A DNA stretch of 62,384 nucleotides, filler included, from Collodictyon triciliatum (taxonomy: Eukaryota): the NCBI GenBank assembly GCA_043381765.1. It is 5 parts of 5 records of this genome, joined end to end, with 100 filler letters (N's around TTAATTAATTAA, not from the genome) between each part and the next. Parts side by side here need not be neighbours in the genome. Positions count along the whole stretch, not along the records: positions 42,144 to 53,531 come from JBHJMP010001894.1; positions 53,632 to 62,384 come from JBHJMP010001929.1; 3 more parts are not named here. One strand, written 5' to 3'. A program made the position numbers and the translations under genes. The notes under the pieces are model-generated. The model was not told where the DNA came from, made no database searches, and worked only from the letters and a program-made list of their open reading frames with translations. Positions 50,021 through 62,384 of this stretch are shown piece after piece. Each line of letters begins with the position of its first letter. Within the stretch, counting starts at the first letter, position 1.

Positions 50021-50556
50021 NNNNNNNNNNNNNNNNNNNNNNNNNNNNNNNNNNNNNNNNNNNNNNNNNNNNNNNNNNNNNNNNNNNNNNNNNNNNNNNN
50101 NNNNNNNNNNNNNNNNNNNNNNNNNNNNNNNNNNNNNNNNNNNNNNNNNNNNNNNNNNNNNNNNNNNNNNNNNNNNNNNNNNNNNNNNNNNNNNNNNNNN
50201 NNNNNNNNNNNNNNNNNNNNNNNNNNNNNNNNNNNNNNNNNNNNNNNNNNNNNNNNNNNNNNNNNNNNNNNNNNNNNNNNNNNNNNNNNNNNNNNNNNNN
50301 NNNNNNNNNNNNNNNNNNNNNNNNNNNNNNNNNNNNNNNNNNNNNNNNNNNNNNNNNNNNNNNNNNNNNNNNNNNNNNNNNNNNNNNNNNNNNNNNNNNN
50401 NNNNNNNNNNNNNNNNNNNNNNNNNNNNNNNNNNNNNNNNNNNNNNNNNNNNNNNNNNNNNNNNNNNNNNNNNNNNNNNNNNNNNNNNNNNNNNNNNNNN
50501 NNNNNNNNNNNNNNNNNNNNNNNNNNNNNNNNNNNNNNNNNNNNNNNNNNNNNNNN
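50021..50556. other. Intra-scaffold assembly gap
   Basis: Run of N. Confidence 0.99.
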
Positions 50557-50899
50557 TGGCTGAGACTTCCGAAGCTGCTGAATTGGATGCAGGTCCGATA
50601 ACAATAGGGCTGCAGCAAGGAGAAAATGAAGCCCAGTGTTCAACGGGTTACTCGCCTCTCCTGACTTTTCACACAACAAACCTCACCTATACGGTCTCCA
50701 GAACCTTGCAACTTGGCGCGCACTTGGACGGACCTATACGGTATCCCGTGCATGGGAAGGTTCGACTAATTAGTCTACATTATCAATACATTATACTATT
50801 AGTCCAACATTCATGTCAAGATACCGGAATCTTATCTTATAGATAGCTGCAATCAGATCGCCAGATGGTATTATGATTGCGCTCTATGAACCAGCCTAG
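50557..50899 (+). CDS. VOC/glyoxalase-bleomycin-resistance family protein; 5' part lies in the gap (exons to 50759 and 50843-50899)
   Basis: AELDAGPITIGL...GYSPLLTF...LGAHLDGPIRYPVHGK|IAAIRSPDGIMIALYEPA*. Confidence 0.85.
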
Positions 50900-51312
50900 T
50901 CCTTTTACACTGATTTGTACCCCCTACAAAAGTAACTATGAACTATAATAAATCAAGCTTCTGGCGAATTATAGCGTGGCTGCAAGATTGATTGTCGGGC
51001 GCTTTTTTTCTTTTTTACTTAATGCAGTATTTAATTAGTGATGCCAATCCGCCCAGAATATTCCAACAGTATGAAGACTCCTTTATTTGATATCACAAAT
51101 GAAAATGAAAATGAAAATTAAAAAAATGGCAAAGTGTAGGGCATATAAAATGCATCTCCAGAGCTCATGTCTCGGTATTTATTCAGACGCTCTCTGATGC
51201 AGTTATTCGTTGCGGCTATGAAGCAACGAATGATATTAAAACAAACGGAAGGAGAATGTATATTTACATATGTCATCCAAAGAAATGACGACTCGAAACC
51301 AGATTTGCAATG

Positions 51313-52842
51313 TTAAGATATCTCAACAAAATATTGTGTGTAAGCTAAACCGTATATTGCTATAATTGTTCGAGTAAGCCCATAACTCAATGGGCGAATG
51401 ACAGTTTGTTCATCAAAAGATATAATTCCTTTCTTCATGTCGTGGGCAAGGGAAGCAATATCACCAGAGAACAAAAAGAAAAGCTGTATAAGTATCTGAT
51501 TAGTGCAGTCACCAAGGCTGGACAATGTCTGGAAGGATGAATCTGGGTATATTGGGTGCAAAAAGTACATCAATAGAGGAGCGAGTGTCACCACGATTAG
51601 TTCTGAGCCTATGTCATCGTAGATTAGAAGCTTTTTCATCATCAAAGCCCTCTGATAGTTAGTTTCTTCGTCTCGGTCAATGTCTGGAGAGGCATTCGTG
51701 GTTTCGTCGCTACTCTGAACAGCGGACGAAAAAGGCACAAGTTTGCTCTTACGGGAAAATGCTTTTCGAAGTGTATATATCAACACCTTTTTGCAGCGAT
51801 AAATAAAAAGGGTGCGTTGTTTGAAAGTGATGGTGGTAATGAAATCCAGGATAGACATGAATGCATTAATCATGATATAGTATGATAGGCCAATGCTCCC
51901 TGTGGCCGATAAGTTGGACAATGTCAAACGGCCAAAAAACTTGTAGTACTGCCCAGTTATTTTATTGGTAGCCAATCTTTGATCCATCATATGAGGTGAT
52001 AGATGGGAAAGTACCATTGATTGGTATGATTTTGTAATGAAAATAAACAAAGGAAAAATAATCAATCTGCACAGCGCTTTTACCCAAAAGCTGGACTGGA
52101 GAAAGATTGGGAAAAAGTATTGAAACGAACAACCCACGAAGATGTAAAGTGCCAGCAATCCCTTCATTAACCCCCATGGCGTTCCATCCTTCGTCAAGTC
52201 GAAGTTGTTTTGCTGGTTGGGTGTGAGATTTGCGGGTTGTTTGAGTCGTCGCAGGTAGTTGAGTGGGAAAATAATGGCTGAAAAGAACATGGTGCTCATC
52301 CCAACATTAGCCCACCAGGAAAGCCTTTGTGGAATCGAGTGGAATGCCATATCACCCACCCAAAAAGGGATTATAGCGTATACTATCATTTTAGAAGTGA
52401 ACTGAAAGGTAAATATATGAGTAAACACCAGTGCAACTGAAACATAGTAGCCGCTTGCACTCAAGTACCCACGGGCGTAGTCGTAAAGGTACAGTTTGAC
52501 TCCATCAAGTTTGTCTGTCGAAAGAACTCTGGCAGGTAAGTAATATGCCATCATGACAGAAATAATAGAACATATGACGGGCAGAGAACTCTGACTTATT
52601 TGAAGCCAAAGGCGAATGGCAAGCCGAATAGAGCGAAGCACCGGCATATCTTCAGCTAGGGTAAGGTTCGAGGGATTTTGAGGACTTTGTTGCTGGTTCT
52701 TGTATGGCGGTATTGGATTGGTGTCTGTATCGCCCTCTTCCCTAGATCGCATCTTAAGAGGGGCATTTCTTGCTGGTGTGCCCAGAGCGCATCCATGAAG
52801 AGTGGGCTTCGATAGAGCGTTTGGACCGTCTGATTTCTCCAT
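51313..52842 (-). CDS. Multi-pass membrane protein of unknown function, intronless (509 aa)
   Basis: Long clean ORF with roughly 10 hydrophobic segments; no family motif recognised. Confidence 0.8.
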   Translation of the reverse strand: MEKSDGPNALSKPTLHGCALGTPARNAPLKMRSREEGDTDTNPIPPYKNQQQSPQNPSNLTLAEDMPVLRSIRLAIRLWLQISQSSLPVICSIISVMMAYYLPARVLSTDKLDGVKLYLYDYARGYLSASGYYVSVALVFTHIFTFQFTSKMIVYAIIPFWVGDMAFHSIPQRLSWWANVGMSTMFFSAIIFPLNYLRRLKQPANLTPNQQNNFDLTKDGTPWGLMKGLLALYIFVGCSFQYFFPIFLQSSFWVKALCRLIIFPLFIFITKSYQSMVLSHLSPHMMDQRLATNKITGQYYKFFGRLTLSNLSATGSIGLSYYIMINAFMSILDFITTITFKQRTLFIYRCKKVLIYTLRKAFSRKSKLVPFSSAVQSSDETTNASPDIDRDEETNYQRALMMKKLLIYDDIGSELIVVTLAPLLMYFLHPIYPDSSFQTLSSLGDCTNQILIQLFFLFSGDIASLAHDMKKGIISFDEQTVIRPLSYGLTRTIIAIYGLAYTQYFVEIS

Positions 52843-52904
52843 TATTGACCTTTGATGATACTGCTCGGGTAAGTTTATAACTTAATTTTTTTTCCTTTGC
52901 TATT

Positions 52905-53172
52905 TGTTTTTTGCTTTTTTGCTTTTTTCTTTTCTTTTTTCTTCTTTTTTCTTCTTTCTTCTTCTTTCTTCTTCTTTCTTCTTCTTTCTTTCTTTCTTCT
53001 TTCTTCTTTCTTCTTCTTTCTTCTTCTTTCTTCTTCTTTCTTCTTTTTTCTTCTTCTTTCTTCTTCTTTCTTCTTTTTTCTTCTTTTTTCTTCTTTTTTC
53101 TTCTTTTTTCTTCTTTTTTCTTCTTTTTTCTTCTTTTTTCTTCTTCTTTTTTCTTCTTTTTTCTTCTTTTTT
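52905..53172. repeat. (TTC/TTTTTC)n tract
   Basis: Seen directly. Confidence 0.95.
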
Positions 53173-53531
53173 CATCCATGACAAGATCCGGCGCTACGCG
53201 GCCTCGCTTTGGTTGGAACAGGATCTAGGGCGCCATTTTGGCTGCAAATAGGATATTAAGTTGGCAACCTGATTTTTGTATACTTATTTCCACATTAGAT
53301 ATATCAAAATATTATTTATGGAAAATATCTTCTACTTATTTAATGTACGCATATCAGTTTTCAGATACATAATAATATATTTCAATCACATGATAAATTG
53401 TATTTCATTACACAAGATAAAACTAGCTCTTGCCAGCAACAGATCAAACAGCACCACCCTTTGCCGCTTTTTGTCTCCCTTCGAAACTCGCTGCCAGTCT
53501 ACCTGCTTTCAAGGCCAAACGCCCTACCCTG

Positions 53532-53631
53532 NNNNNNNNNNNNNNNNNNNNNNNNNNNNNNNNNNNNNNNNNNNNTTAATTAATTAANNNNNNNNNNNNN
53601 NNNNNNNNNNNNNNNNNNNNNNNNNNNNNNN
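53532..53631. other. Artificial scaffold linker
   Basis: N44-TTAATTAATTAA-N44. Confidence 0.97.
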
Positions 53632-53659
53632 TTATGCAAGCATTCGGTACATCTTTTTG

Positions 53660-53710
<51 letters not shown>

Positions 53711-53862
53711 TTTTTGGCCGTTCATTCCCAAAATCTAGTCCTCACTATTATAATCTATTCCAAAACTCGAAATTTGGAAAGATATATTCTCATGCGTGAC
53801 AATTATTAAGTTTTTTTTTTTTAAAAAAAAACATTTCAATTTAATACCGCGCATTCAGTTAG

Positions 53863-56800
53863 TCAAAAATCCGAACAAGTGCTGATTCTTACGCTTCCAG
53901 ATGGACTGCAGGTTTCTTCGTTTGGTACGATCTTTTATAAATGCTTCGCCATTTTTTTTGGAATGTCTATCACATACAAAAATACGATTAAAACCAAGCT
54001 ACATTGACGTTCGTTTTTCTGTGGGTGTATATTTTCATAGGAGAAAAAGTAATCACCCAAAAATGGCACCAGCCGAAGAATTATTCGAAATACCATATCT
54101 ATGAGAAGCATCGAAAAATACTGCAAAATGTATGATATCTTTCATATTTTTTTTACTTGAATTCGTTACATTATCCTTTCCTTATCTTTTCTCTTTTTGG
54201 TGACTCAAAATCATTAGGGTCATGTGTGTCGGTATATGAGCGACGAAAATATAATAATTTATTCCCCCTTTGGAGATGTTTCAAAATATGACAGAAAACA
54301 AAGAGTTTGGACGATTTCCAGCATGAAGGTTAATATCCTTGCCACCACTTTATTGATTTATTATATACTCAATACGATTAACGTCTGATTTATGAAACGA
54401 AATAATTTCTATCCTTCATCCTTACAAAATCGAGTTCTTGCTACATTCATATTTTACCACATCAAAGGGGCTACGTTTTGTAAAGAATGAGAACGGATCT
54501 ATAATCAAGGTTGAAACTATCAAACTTTCGTCAAGGACGGATCATTTTACAAGAAATATTTCTACGACCAACGAAGGTTTTTATTTTATGAATGAAGATA
54601 AATAAAGATTAAACCGCTTAGAATTTGTAATGTTGAGAAGATATCGAATTGTGATTGTCTAAAAATACTTGCTGGGCCATAAAAACCAACATGATGGTCT
54701 ACTTTCCAATAAATAAGACATCTCCAATTAATAAAGAGTCGCAATTGAAGAAATAAATTTGTACTTTTTTATCATAATTATTATTATTCTAAAGCACATG
54801 AATCCATATAGAAAAAACGATTCATATCAAACAACCTGACGGATTGGAAATGTACCAGTTTGTTGACGGAACAAAGATAATTAGAGATCCAGTCGCAAGT
54901 TTAACTAGAATTGAGTGTGCGCACTACTGCCCTATAGATATTCGAAACGACTTACACAGTATTAAAGTTTGGCTACCGAATCGATTTAATGTCATTTGCA
55001 TACCGAGTGTGTCAACACTACTGGAGACAGTATGTTTTGCCCTTTTGGCAATGCCCCATCACTCTCCCTATTCTATTGTTCTCAAATGTGACTGTACAAA
55101 CAGCATATGTGATTGTTAGAAGAAAAGCATGATCTTTTTAACAATATATATTTACTATTTTAATAAAAAAAAATACTCGTTTTCATGTCTCATAATTTTC
55201 CTCCCTGCAGCCTGACGGCCAACTCTTCAAGTTCTCTAATTTCATACTACAATATGCGCAATACAATCACGATAGCGCAGCCCCAGAGAAACAGTAGTAT
55301 TCGACTAACGGCTTTTTTTTTTAAAATAAATGAATATATTGAACACCAATTATGGCCGTTTTTATATATAGAAATGTTATTTTGACATTGTGCATCACAT
55401 TTTGTAAAACTTCCGTTAAAATTCTAGTGCAAGGTATCATATGGATTTTACGGACGGCTCTGTTATGGCTCGTGATTTGGCTGGAAACACATGCATCATT
55501 TACAATGACGGACACATCAAGGTGTCTTATGTGTTCATATATTGAATGATATATTGAATCTTAACTTCTTTTTTTTTCCTACATCGAACTTTCACCTTAT
55601 TGTTTCATATAGATTTGGCTATCGAATACCATATAGTTATTTGCAAATATTCAGTTTCCTTATTTATACATGAATTCGATTACTGTGTGAATAGTATGGT
55701 CTCTCTGATGAAGAGGTTGAAGCTGGTATGGATGACTTAACATCGCCTCGAATTCTTTCTGCCAGAGCTATTGTCCAAGGTAGTGGAATTAGCTACATAA
55801 TCATCCTAGTGCCTGAGTTGTTTTCTTTTCTTTTCTTTTTGCGCTCTCGACAACTTTTCAACTTGTATTTTATAAAGTTGAATAACCTGCGCATTATGGT
55901 CTGTAACCAACTGCTCAGACAAGCCAATTTGCGAAGTGGTTTCGTCTCCTCGTTTGTTTATTGTACGCGAGGATGGAAGCGGCACTGAATTATCACAGGA
56001 ATCTTCATTGGAAGCATACAATCGCCTGATGGAGAGTCATCCAAATGCAAATATCGCCAGGGAACAGCTAATTGGCGAGGTGAGTAGAATATCACCAATC
56101 GAAATCGTTTGCATGTTCTGCAGTCTATGTTCTTGAATTTCTGATATATTTTTTCGGTCCTTACCCACATTCACGTTCTGTTCCATGATTGTTAAGGCGA
56201 ATGCATCCTGTCTGACGTACTTGCTGAGAGAAAGTGTAGATGTCGTTTATGCCAAAGGATATAAAGTAAGGGAAGGGTTCACATACAAACTAAGAATGAT
56301 ATTCAATAGAGGACATATGAATACACAATAATCATCTTTCTCTCATTTGTTAACAAAAACTTATTTTTCTTTGGTCAAGATGAAGGTATACATTTATGCG
56401 CTCTTGTTTTCATGCAGGATTACCTGATCCGAAACCCATCCGTTTATCAGACACATTCCCACTCCAACATCCAGAAACCAGAAAGGATGGTTCATTTCAG
56501 ACAAGTACCCATCTCACATAATCAGTTTCCCCTTCTTTTGGTTCATGGAACAGTGTCATTCTATTATCTAATATTTCATTTCTGTCTTAGTTAAGCAAGT
56601 ACAAACGATTAAGCGAAAGTGAAAGAAGTGCTCTTGATGAGAAGCTCTTAGAGCTCAACGCCTGGAAGGAGAAGAAAAGCAATCAGGAATGCGTAATGAC
56701 ATCTTTAGAAAAAAATTACAAACGAGGATTTATTTTGTCTTCATTTCCTCCCCGTTCTTTCCAGGAAACATAATTTTACTTATGGATCAGATATGCATAT

Positions 56801-57928
56801 ATTACAATCATGAATTACTAATATTACAGGATGCGCCGACTTATGTTCCAAATAACGAGTCACTATTGAATATTAAACCGACGATTGAGGAAGCTTTTCA
56901 AGCACTCCAAGCAAAACAGTTCAAAGTTGGGGGCAAAAGAATGGTAATTCTTTTGAGCTTTCCCCTCCTTATTTCCTTTACTTTCGATCCAAAACAAACA
57001 AACAAACAAACAAACAAACAAACAAACAAACAAACAAACAAACAAACAAACAAACAAACAAACAAACAAACAAACAAACAAACAAACAAACAAACAAACA
57101 AACAAACTCTATTTTGCAAAGTCGTTGAAACTTGAAAAAAATTGGAATACGTGCATTTTTATATCACCATCTATTTTATTTTTCAAAAGCAAATACACAC
57201 ATGCTAGCATTTTCACTTTCTTGATAAAAATTAACCTATAAAAAATGAATAAAACCTGAATAAAAAAAGGACAACCGAACGCTTGAGTCAAGAATGTCGT
57301 CATCATCGGAGTTGTCCAAAAAGCATGTTTGTTAACAAGTATATAAAATACCAATATTTTATTATTTTTTTAATCAACCACTCGATTTACGTGAGTATAG
57401 CAATTAAGTCACAGTCGCCCACCCAGTAGTTCAACAACTCATGGTATGCAAATAAACACTAGTATCAAATGTATTAAGTAAAATTTTCAGTATTTTTCAT
57501 GAAACACTCGTTTCTTTATGATATGATTTTTTTATTCTTCCTTTCAATTTTGTGTAGGATGGTGGGGATGTTGGCTTTGGTTCGCTAGCCATTGTTCGCA
57601 TGTTTCTTTATGATATGATAATAAATAAGCTGATAAAACTAAACTGCATATATAGTGAAGAGCAACGAGATGGAAACTGCGCGCCCACATAACTCTCCAA
57701 CTGATTCGGTATGTTGTCCTTTTTCCCTTTATATTTATTCATTTAGCAATAGAATAAAAACATGCTCAATAGCACTCTGATGAAATAAAAACATCCAGGC
57801 GTCAATTATTTCTCCACCAAAGACCCCGGAAGACTTTTATGCGCCTGGTCCTTCGATGCCAACTGAAGTAAAGCAAGACAAACTTCAAAGTGTAAGTACC
57901 TAGAAAAAGAATAGTAGTGGTCATGGTT

Positions 57929-57971
<43 letters not shown>

Positions 57972-59636
57972 TTTGGAAAACTTGTGGTATAGACAACGTT
58001 GAACCCAAATTATCGATATAGACATCACATTCAAATTTGAATCGTTCATCACACAGCCTGAAAGAATCAAAAAAGATAGCTGTAAGTATTCGCTTGATAT
58101 GCTTCCTTTTAGTGTTTTGTTTCACGAAGCGCATTTACAGCGCTGTGTATTAGTTGAATGTAAAGTTCACGCAGGAAGAGAATTATCAAGGTCTAATGTT
58201 GAATAAACAAAGCAACCAGATGCTCCATTTCTGAAACCCTCAAGACTAGCGCAAGAAGTCAAGCGGGTGAGGATATGAATTTTTGGCTCATCACTTCTAA
58301 TTTGACACAATTTTTTCATATCAAGTTTTAATCTATTTTTTTTCTTGAAACTGTTAAATTTATTGAATCAAATTTTCTTTGAAATAGTTGAACTCTTCTT
58401 CGCTACATAAATCATTGAGAACTTCATCTAAAATTGCCGTTGGTAGGTTATATTCACGATATTGCCAAAAAAAACAACAACAGTAGAATCACTTATTCTT
58501 TCGCTCGTTGCCCTTCACCAATTCGACTGCCTACTTCACGACAAAACTCGTTTTCTTCTCTAATTAAAATCACCCACAATTTCTGCTACGAATTAGATTC
58601 AAGCCTTCAAGACACTATCAACCATTCTGGATATACTGGAATCCATATCAGTATTGAAAATGCATATTTTGGCACACTGAAACTTGGAAACATGTTCGTG
58701 GATAGTCTAACTTGCCTACCTTGACATCCTTAAGCTTTGTCAAAGAAAATCAAAAATTTTGAGAACGAAAAATAAGAAAGAAGCGTATAGCCTACTTGAT
58801 ATGTGCTCACTACTGAATTTAATCGTAGGTATCGACTCACGTTCACACTGACGAACATGACTCTGGGCAGTTACGTGGTTAAAGTGCAGCCATTCCAGAC
58901 ACTCGACATCCAATGCCTGTACTCGAAAACACCTGTCTTGCCTGGCCAATCCATCAAAATCGAACTCGACATGAGCCCATCCAGAGCTGGCGATTACCGC
59001 GACAAACTTGTGATTGGCGAAGGCGACCATAGAATTGTCACCCTGATCAGTGCACGTACGTCTGATATTTGTCTGATCAGCAGACCACATGCAGAAAAGC
59101 GCCGAACCTGTCAAATTCTTTCAGACCTCCGTTTTTTGTTTTTTTTTGTAGCGGCATTTTTGTGGGATTTTAGGATATACTTTGTGTTGGAAAATTCCCT
59201 ACTTATTTTCGTCTGTTTGCAGATGTCCTTTCAGCCAACGAGTTCGATGCAGCCTATGACTCTGCTTCTTCCAAGCAGCTTTTGCCGAAGGGAGTCAGAC
59301 TGCTGGGCAAACGGCACCAGCATCGGGAAGTCACCTCGTCGGGGATTGGACTTACTCCGAGTCCCGGTATTTCATTAACAATTATGATTTATTCAGTTTG
59401 TATATGTATACTCGATACAAGCAAAAACAAAGAACACCAAGAGACTTTCAAGACGCCTTTATCTCTCTTTTTCTTATTATTTTATGCAACGTCAATCGTA
59501 CAACACCAAATTCAGACCCAGTAGTCTCGTCTGTGTGTATGTTTAAAATCCAATTACATATGCAGAGGTAATTGAGCAAGAAATGGTTCGTGGACTTCCC
59601 ATAAGCACCGATGAATATGATTCGGACTCTACCTGA
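53863..59636 (+). CDS. SPAG17: C-terminal part of the flagellar central-pair protein SPAG17/PF6; 5' end cut off
   Basis: PDG-rich beta repeats, PRLFIVREDGSGTEL, and a C-terminal PapD/ASH-like domain (FGTLKLGNMYRLTFTLTN...PVLPGQSIKIELDM). Some internal exon boundaries are uncertain. Confidence 0.8.
56990..57105. repeat. (AAAC)n intronic microsatellite
   Basis: Seen directly. Confidence 0.95.
57510..57619 (-). mobile_element. Putative short retroposed element (74 bp) with 18-bp target-site duplication
   Basis: GTTTCTTTATGATATGAT occurs at 57510-57527 and 57602-57619. The insert's minus strand ends ...GAAAGGAAGAATAAAAAAA, and its 3' part recurs at 28195-28236 and about 24124-24152. Confidence 0.65.
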
Positions 59637-60025
59637 TTTGGTGATGCCATCAGTCATTTCATATCGAACTCTTCTGCTATATGACTTGTGCAAGTTAAAT
59701 AAAGGCAAAAAATAACACCATGAGTACTATCTATAACCAAACACAAAATCACTTTTTGGAGACCCACGTCCTTGAATTCCTCACATGAATCCAACCATAT
59801 ATCATTTTTTTCCATTTTAATAAAATATAGAGGTTTATAGTTGGTTTGTGCTGACAGTTAAACTGTATTTGCATCATTCAAAATGCTGGCGATTTCATAG
59901 AATCCAAGTATGATGTTTGAAGAAAGATAGGCAAATACACATGAAATATATCGTCGTCAGAACGACAGCGTGCCTTTGTAACAATCCAAAATTCTTCTCC
60001 GTTCATAACGTGCTTGTTTTCTTGT

Positions 60026-62116
60026 CTATCTTGCATCCTTCTTTTCAACCAAACGATTTGCAAGAACGTCGCTCAAATATCGGAAAAACCGCATGGGCAA
60101 ACCCGACGTCGATGAGTTTAGCAAAGCCTCGATAAACGAAGCATCAAGTCGATAGCATTCCACCTATTGCGACAGAGTAGGAGTGAGGATGATTGATATC
60201 GATACTTGTCTTGAAAAGTTTCTACAGAAGTGAGCGACTGATTCTTTTTTTTCTTCTTCATCTGCTCTATGCTCTCGTTGTTTAGATGGATAGTGGCTAA
60301 GAGACGCATGTTTTCCTATTGATAGACTTCCTACATCATCCTCATCTGCACGAATCGAGGCTACGCGGTTTCCGCCAGTGACAAAGTTCATCTCACCAAA
60401 CAACTCGCCTTCTCTCAACAGGCGAAGGACTTTAGGTTGACTCTCGTTTGGCGACTGGATTTCCACACGAACACATCCTTTCACAACCTATACATTTATT
60501 ACATTTTGATTCCATTTAATGAAAATGAACATTACTTGCAAAAATATGAGGAATATTTCGAAAAATCACATGTGGAATTGCCTTTTTTTTTTCCCTTCTA
60601 AATCTATGTCATTCAAATATTGGCTATCCATTTCTCACAACAGAGGAATCTATGAATGTGGTCAACAAATATCTACTTGATATATGATTCGGTCCCCTTC
60701 CCCCTCTCTTATGATAAAGTCGTTCTTGTGATAGGCTATCTTCTGAGCTCCTTTAGGGGCACCGCAAGTTAGACACACAATTATCTTTACTGAGGGGTTT
60801 TTATATCTCTCAATTTTAATGATTGTTTAATGATGCAAAAAGGAAAGAGAAATAATAATGTCGTGAATAATATGATAACGAATTTATTTTTTTCTCTAAA
60901 ACCTTGTGTGAATAGAAGAAAATCATCAGAGCCGAGAGGTTCCAAGGCCACTGACTTTATTTGTTCCGTGGAAAACAGTCTATGTCGTTAAACAATATGA
61001 ATTTAAACTCGATGGTAAGATAGTTGGGTTGGTATACAGGTGCAAAAGCGGATGCAAAAGTTTTTTTTTTTTTTTTTACGAATTCGACGACGTAGAAAGG
61101 AAGTCAGATGCCAGTGCCCTAAGAAAAAAAATTATATGTTAAATTGATTAAACATAATAATTACCTTTATTTTATAGCCTAGGGTTTGATTATTATTATT
61201 GTGTTTATTATTATTGCGTGTGAGGTCGTTCTTTGATTTTCCAAATCGATCTGATTCTTCTATTTGTTATCTATAAATATTACGATTCAGAATCTGCCCC
61301 GAGTTGAACTTTTGCAGATTCGGTTGCTTTGCTCTTCTCCCATTTCGTCGAAAACAGAGACCAAACATCCTCGATATTCTGAAAGTCCCCAAAAGTAACC
61401 TGTTATGGAATACGTGGATATATAAGTGGAGGGTGGAATTAGCACAAAAAAGAAAAAAGAAAAAGAAAAAGCCATATTGGGTAACACAGGAGAAAACTGT
61501 TTATTTTTTATTATAATTAATGTCAGGATTTATAAACTTGAGAGTAAACCTTCCTGTTCGCAAGGTTAAGGTCAATAACATTCGATGCGTTATTTGCAGA
61601 AAGAATTTCACGATACGTGATTAATTCCTTTTATAGTTTAATTAATTTTGATATCATTTATGAAAAAAATAAAATGGGATAAAACGAATGGAAATACTTT
61701 TTTTTTTAAAAAAAAAAATAATTAAGTAATATGCTGGGTACTGCCATGATTGAGCAAAATGTGAGATAACGTTGAATAATTGCTCAGCAATCGAGAACGA
61801 AGTGCTTGACATGAGTCGAGTCTTACCTTAGCAGGTACTCCAAATACTTTTGCCTGGAACGTGACTCCGTCGTCCCCGAAGGAAATATTTCCCGATATCG
61901 AAATCGTCCTTATCCACGAACATACATACACTACAAATCTAAGTGTAAATGTACCGTCTTTGATATATTCTTGAATATGATTATGCATTTTATTTGTGCT
62001 ACATTTGTCTTCTTTCTTGAAAGATGGCCCTCCCGAAAGACGCCCTCGAAAACTTGAACCTCGTTCTTTTTGCTGCATTGTGAAGGGCGATTTTGTTAAA
62101 TATCTTATTGCTAATT
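60026..62116 (-). CDS. GRAM-like plus cNMP-binding domain protein; 5' end probably beyond the window
   Basis: GRAM-like: VYVCSW...GNISFGDDGVTFQAKVFG..K.LITYREI. cNMP domain: IIREGE..RIIYQVVKG...GELFGEMNF..GNRVASIRA...FFRYLSDVLANRL. Confidence 0.8.
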
Positions 62117-62187
62117 CTTCAAAACAAGAATAAAGTAAACATAATTTGATTATGGAAAATGACAAGTAATTGGTAATAATCATTGAT

Positions 62188-62384
62188 AAAAAGAAAAGAA
62201 AACGAAAACGAAAACGAAAAAGAAAAAAAGGAAACGAAAAGAAAAGAAAACGAAAAAGAAAAGAAAACGAAAAAGAAAAAGAAAAGAAAAAGAAAAGAAA
62301 AAGAAAAGAAAAAGAAAAGAAAAAGAAAAGAAAAAGAAAAGAAAAAGAAAAAAGAAAAGAGGTTAGAAATAAGGGAAAAAGAAA
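62188..62384. repeat. (GAAAA)n-type tract at window end
   Basis: Seen directly. Confidence 0.93.

Noticed and set aside
32902-62116. One cGMP gene cluster (cNMP protein, PDE, cyclase, GRAM-cNMP)
   Set aside because: The genes lie on three separate scaffolds; only the PDE and cNMP protein are truly adjacent.

Overview
Eukaryotic nuclear DNA: AT-rich, intron-rich, full of microsatellites, standard genetic code. It most likely comes from a mitochondriate flagellated protist. The window is not one locus. Five scaffolds (1-13953, 14054-28000, 28101-42043, 42144-53531, 53632-62384) are joined by artificial 100-bp N44-TTAATTAATTAA-N44 linkers. I assembled about 20 gene models by hand from splice sites. 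They are: mitochondrial bL36, a NEK-like kinase, a pseudokinase with a SAM-like tail, a DUF6183-like protein, an intronless WD40-SAM-RING protein, a P5A ATPase, MPC1, ACBP, SCCPDH, an hSac2-domain protein, ZNF593/Bud20, a tandem cNMP-binding protein, a GAF-GAF phosphodiesterase, an A9/PH-like protein, a membrane guanylyl-type cyclase, a VOC/glyoxalase protein, SPAG17/PF6, a GRAM-cNMP protein and orphans. The most interesting items are: (1) an intron-containing eukaryotic gene resembling bacterial DUF6183, sitting between two SAM-bearing signalling genes; (2) a short poly(A)-tailed dispersed element with an 18-bp target-site duplication; and (3) catalytically atypical cGMP-pathway enzymes. All family assignments come from motif recall; no database search was run.
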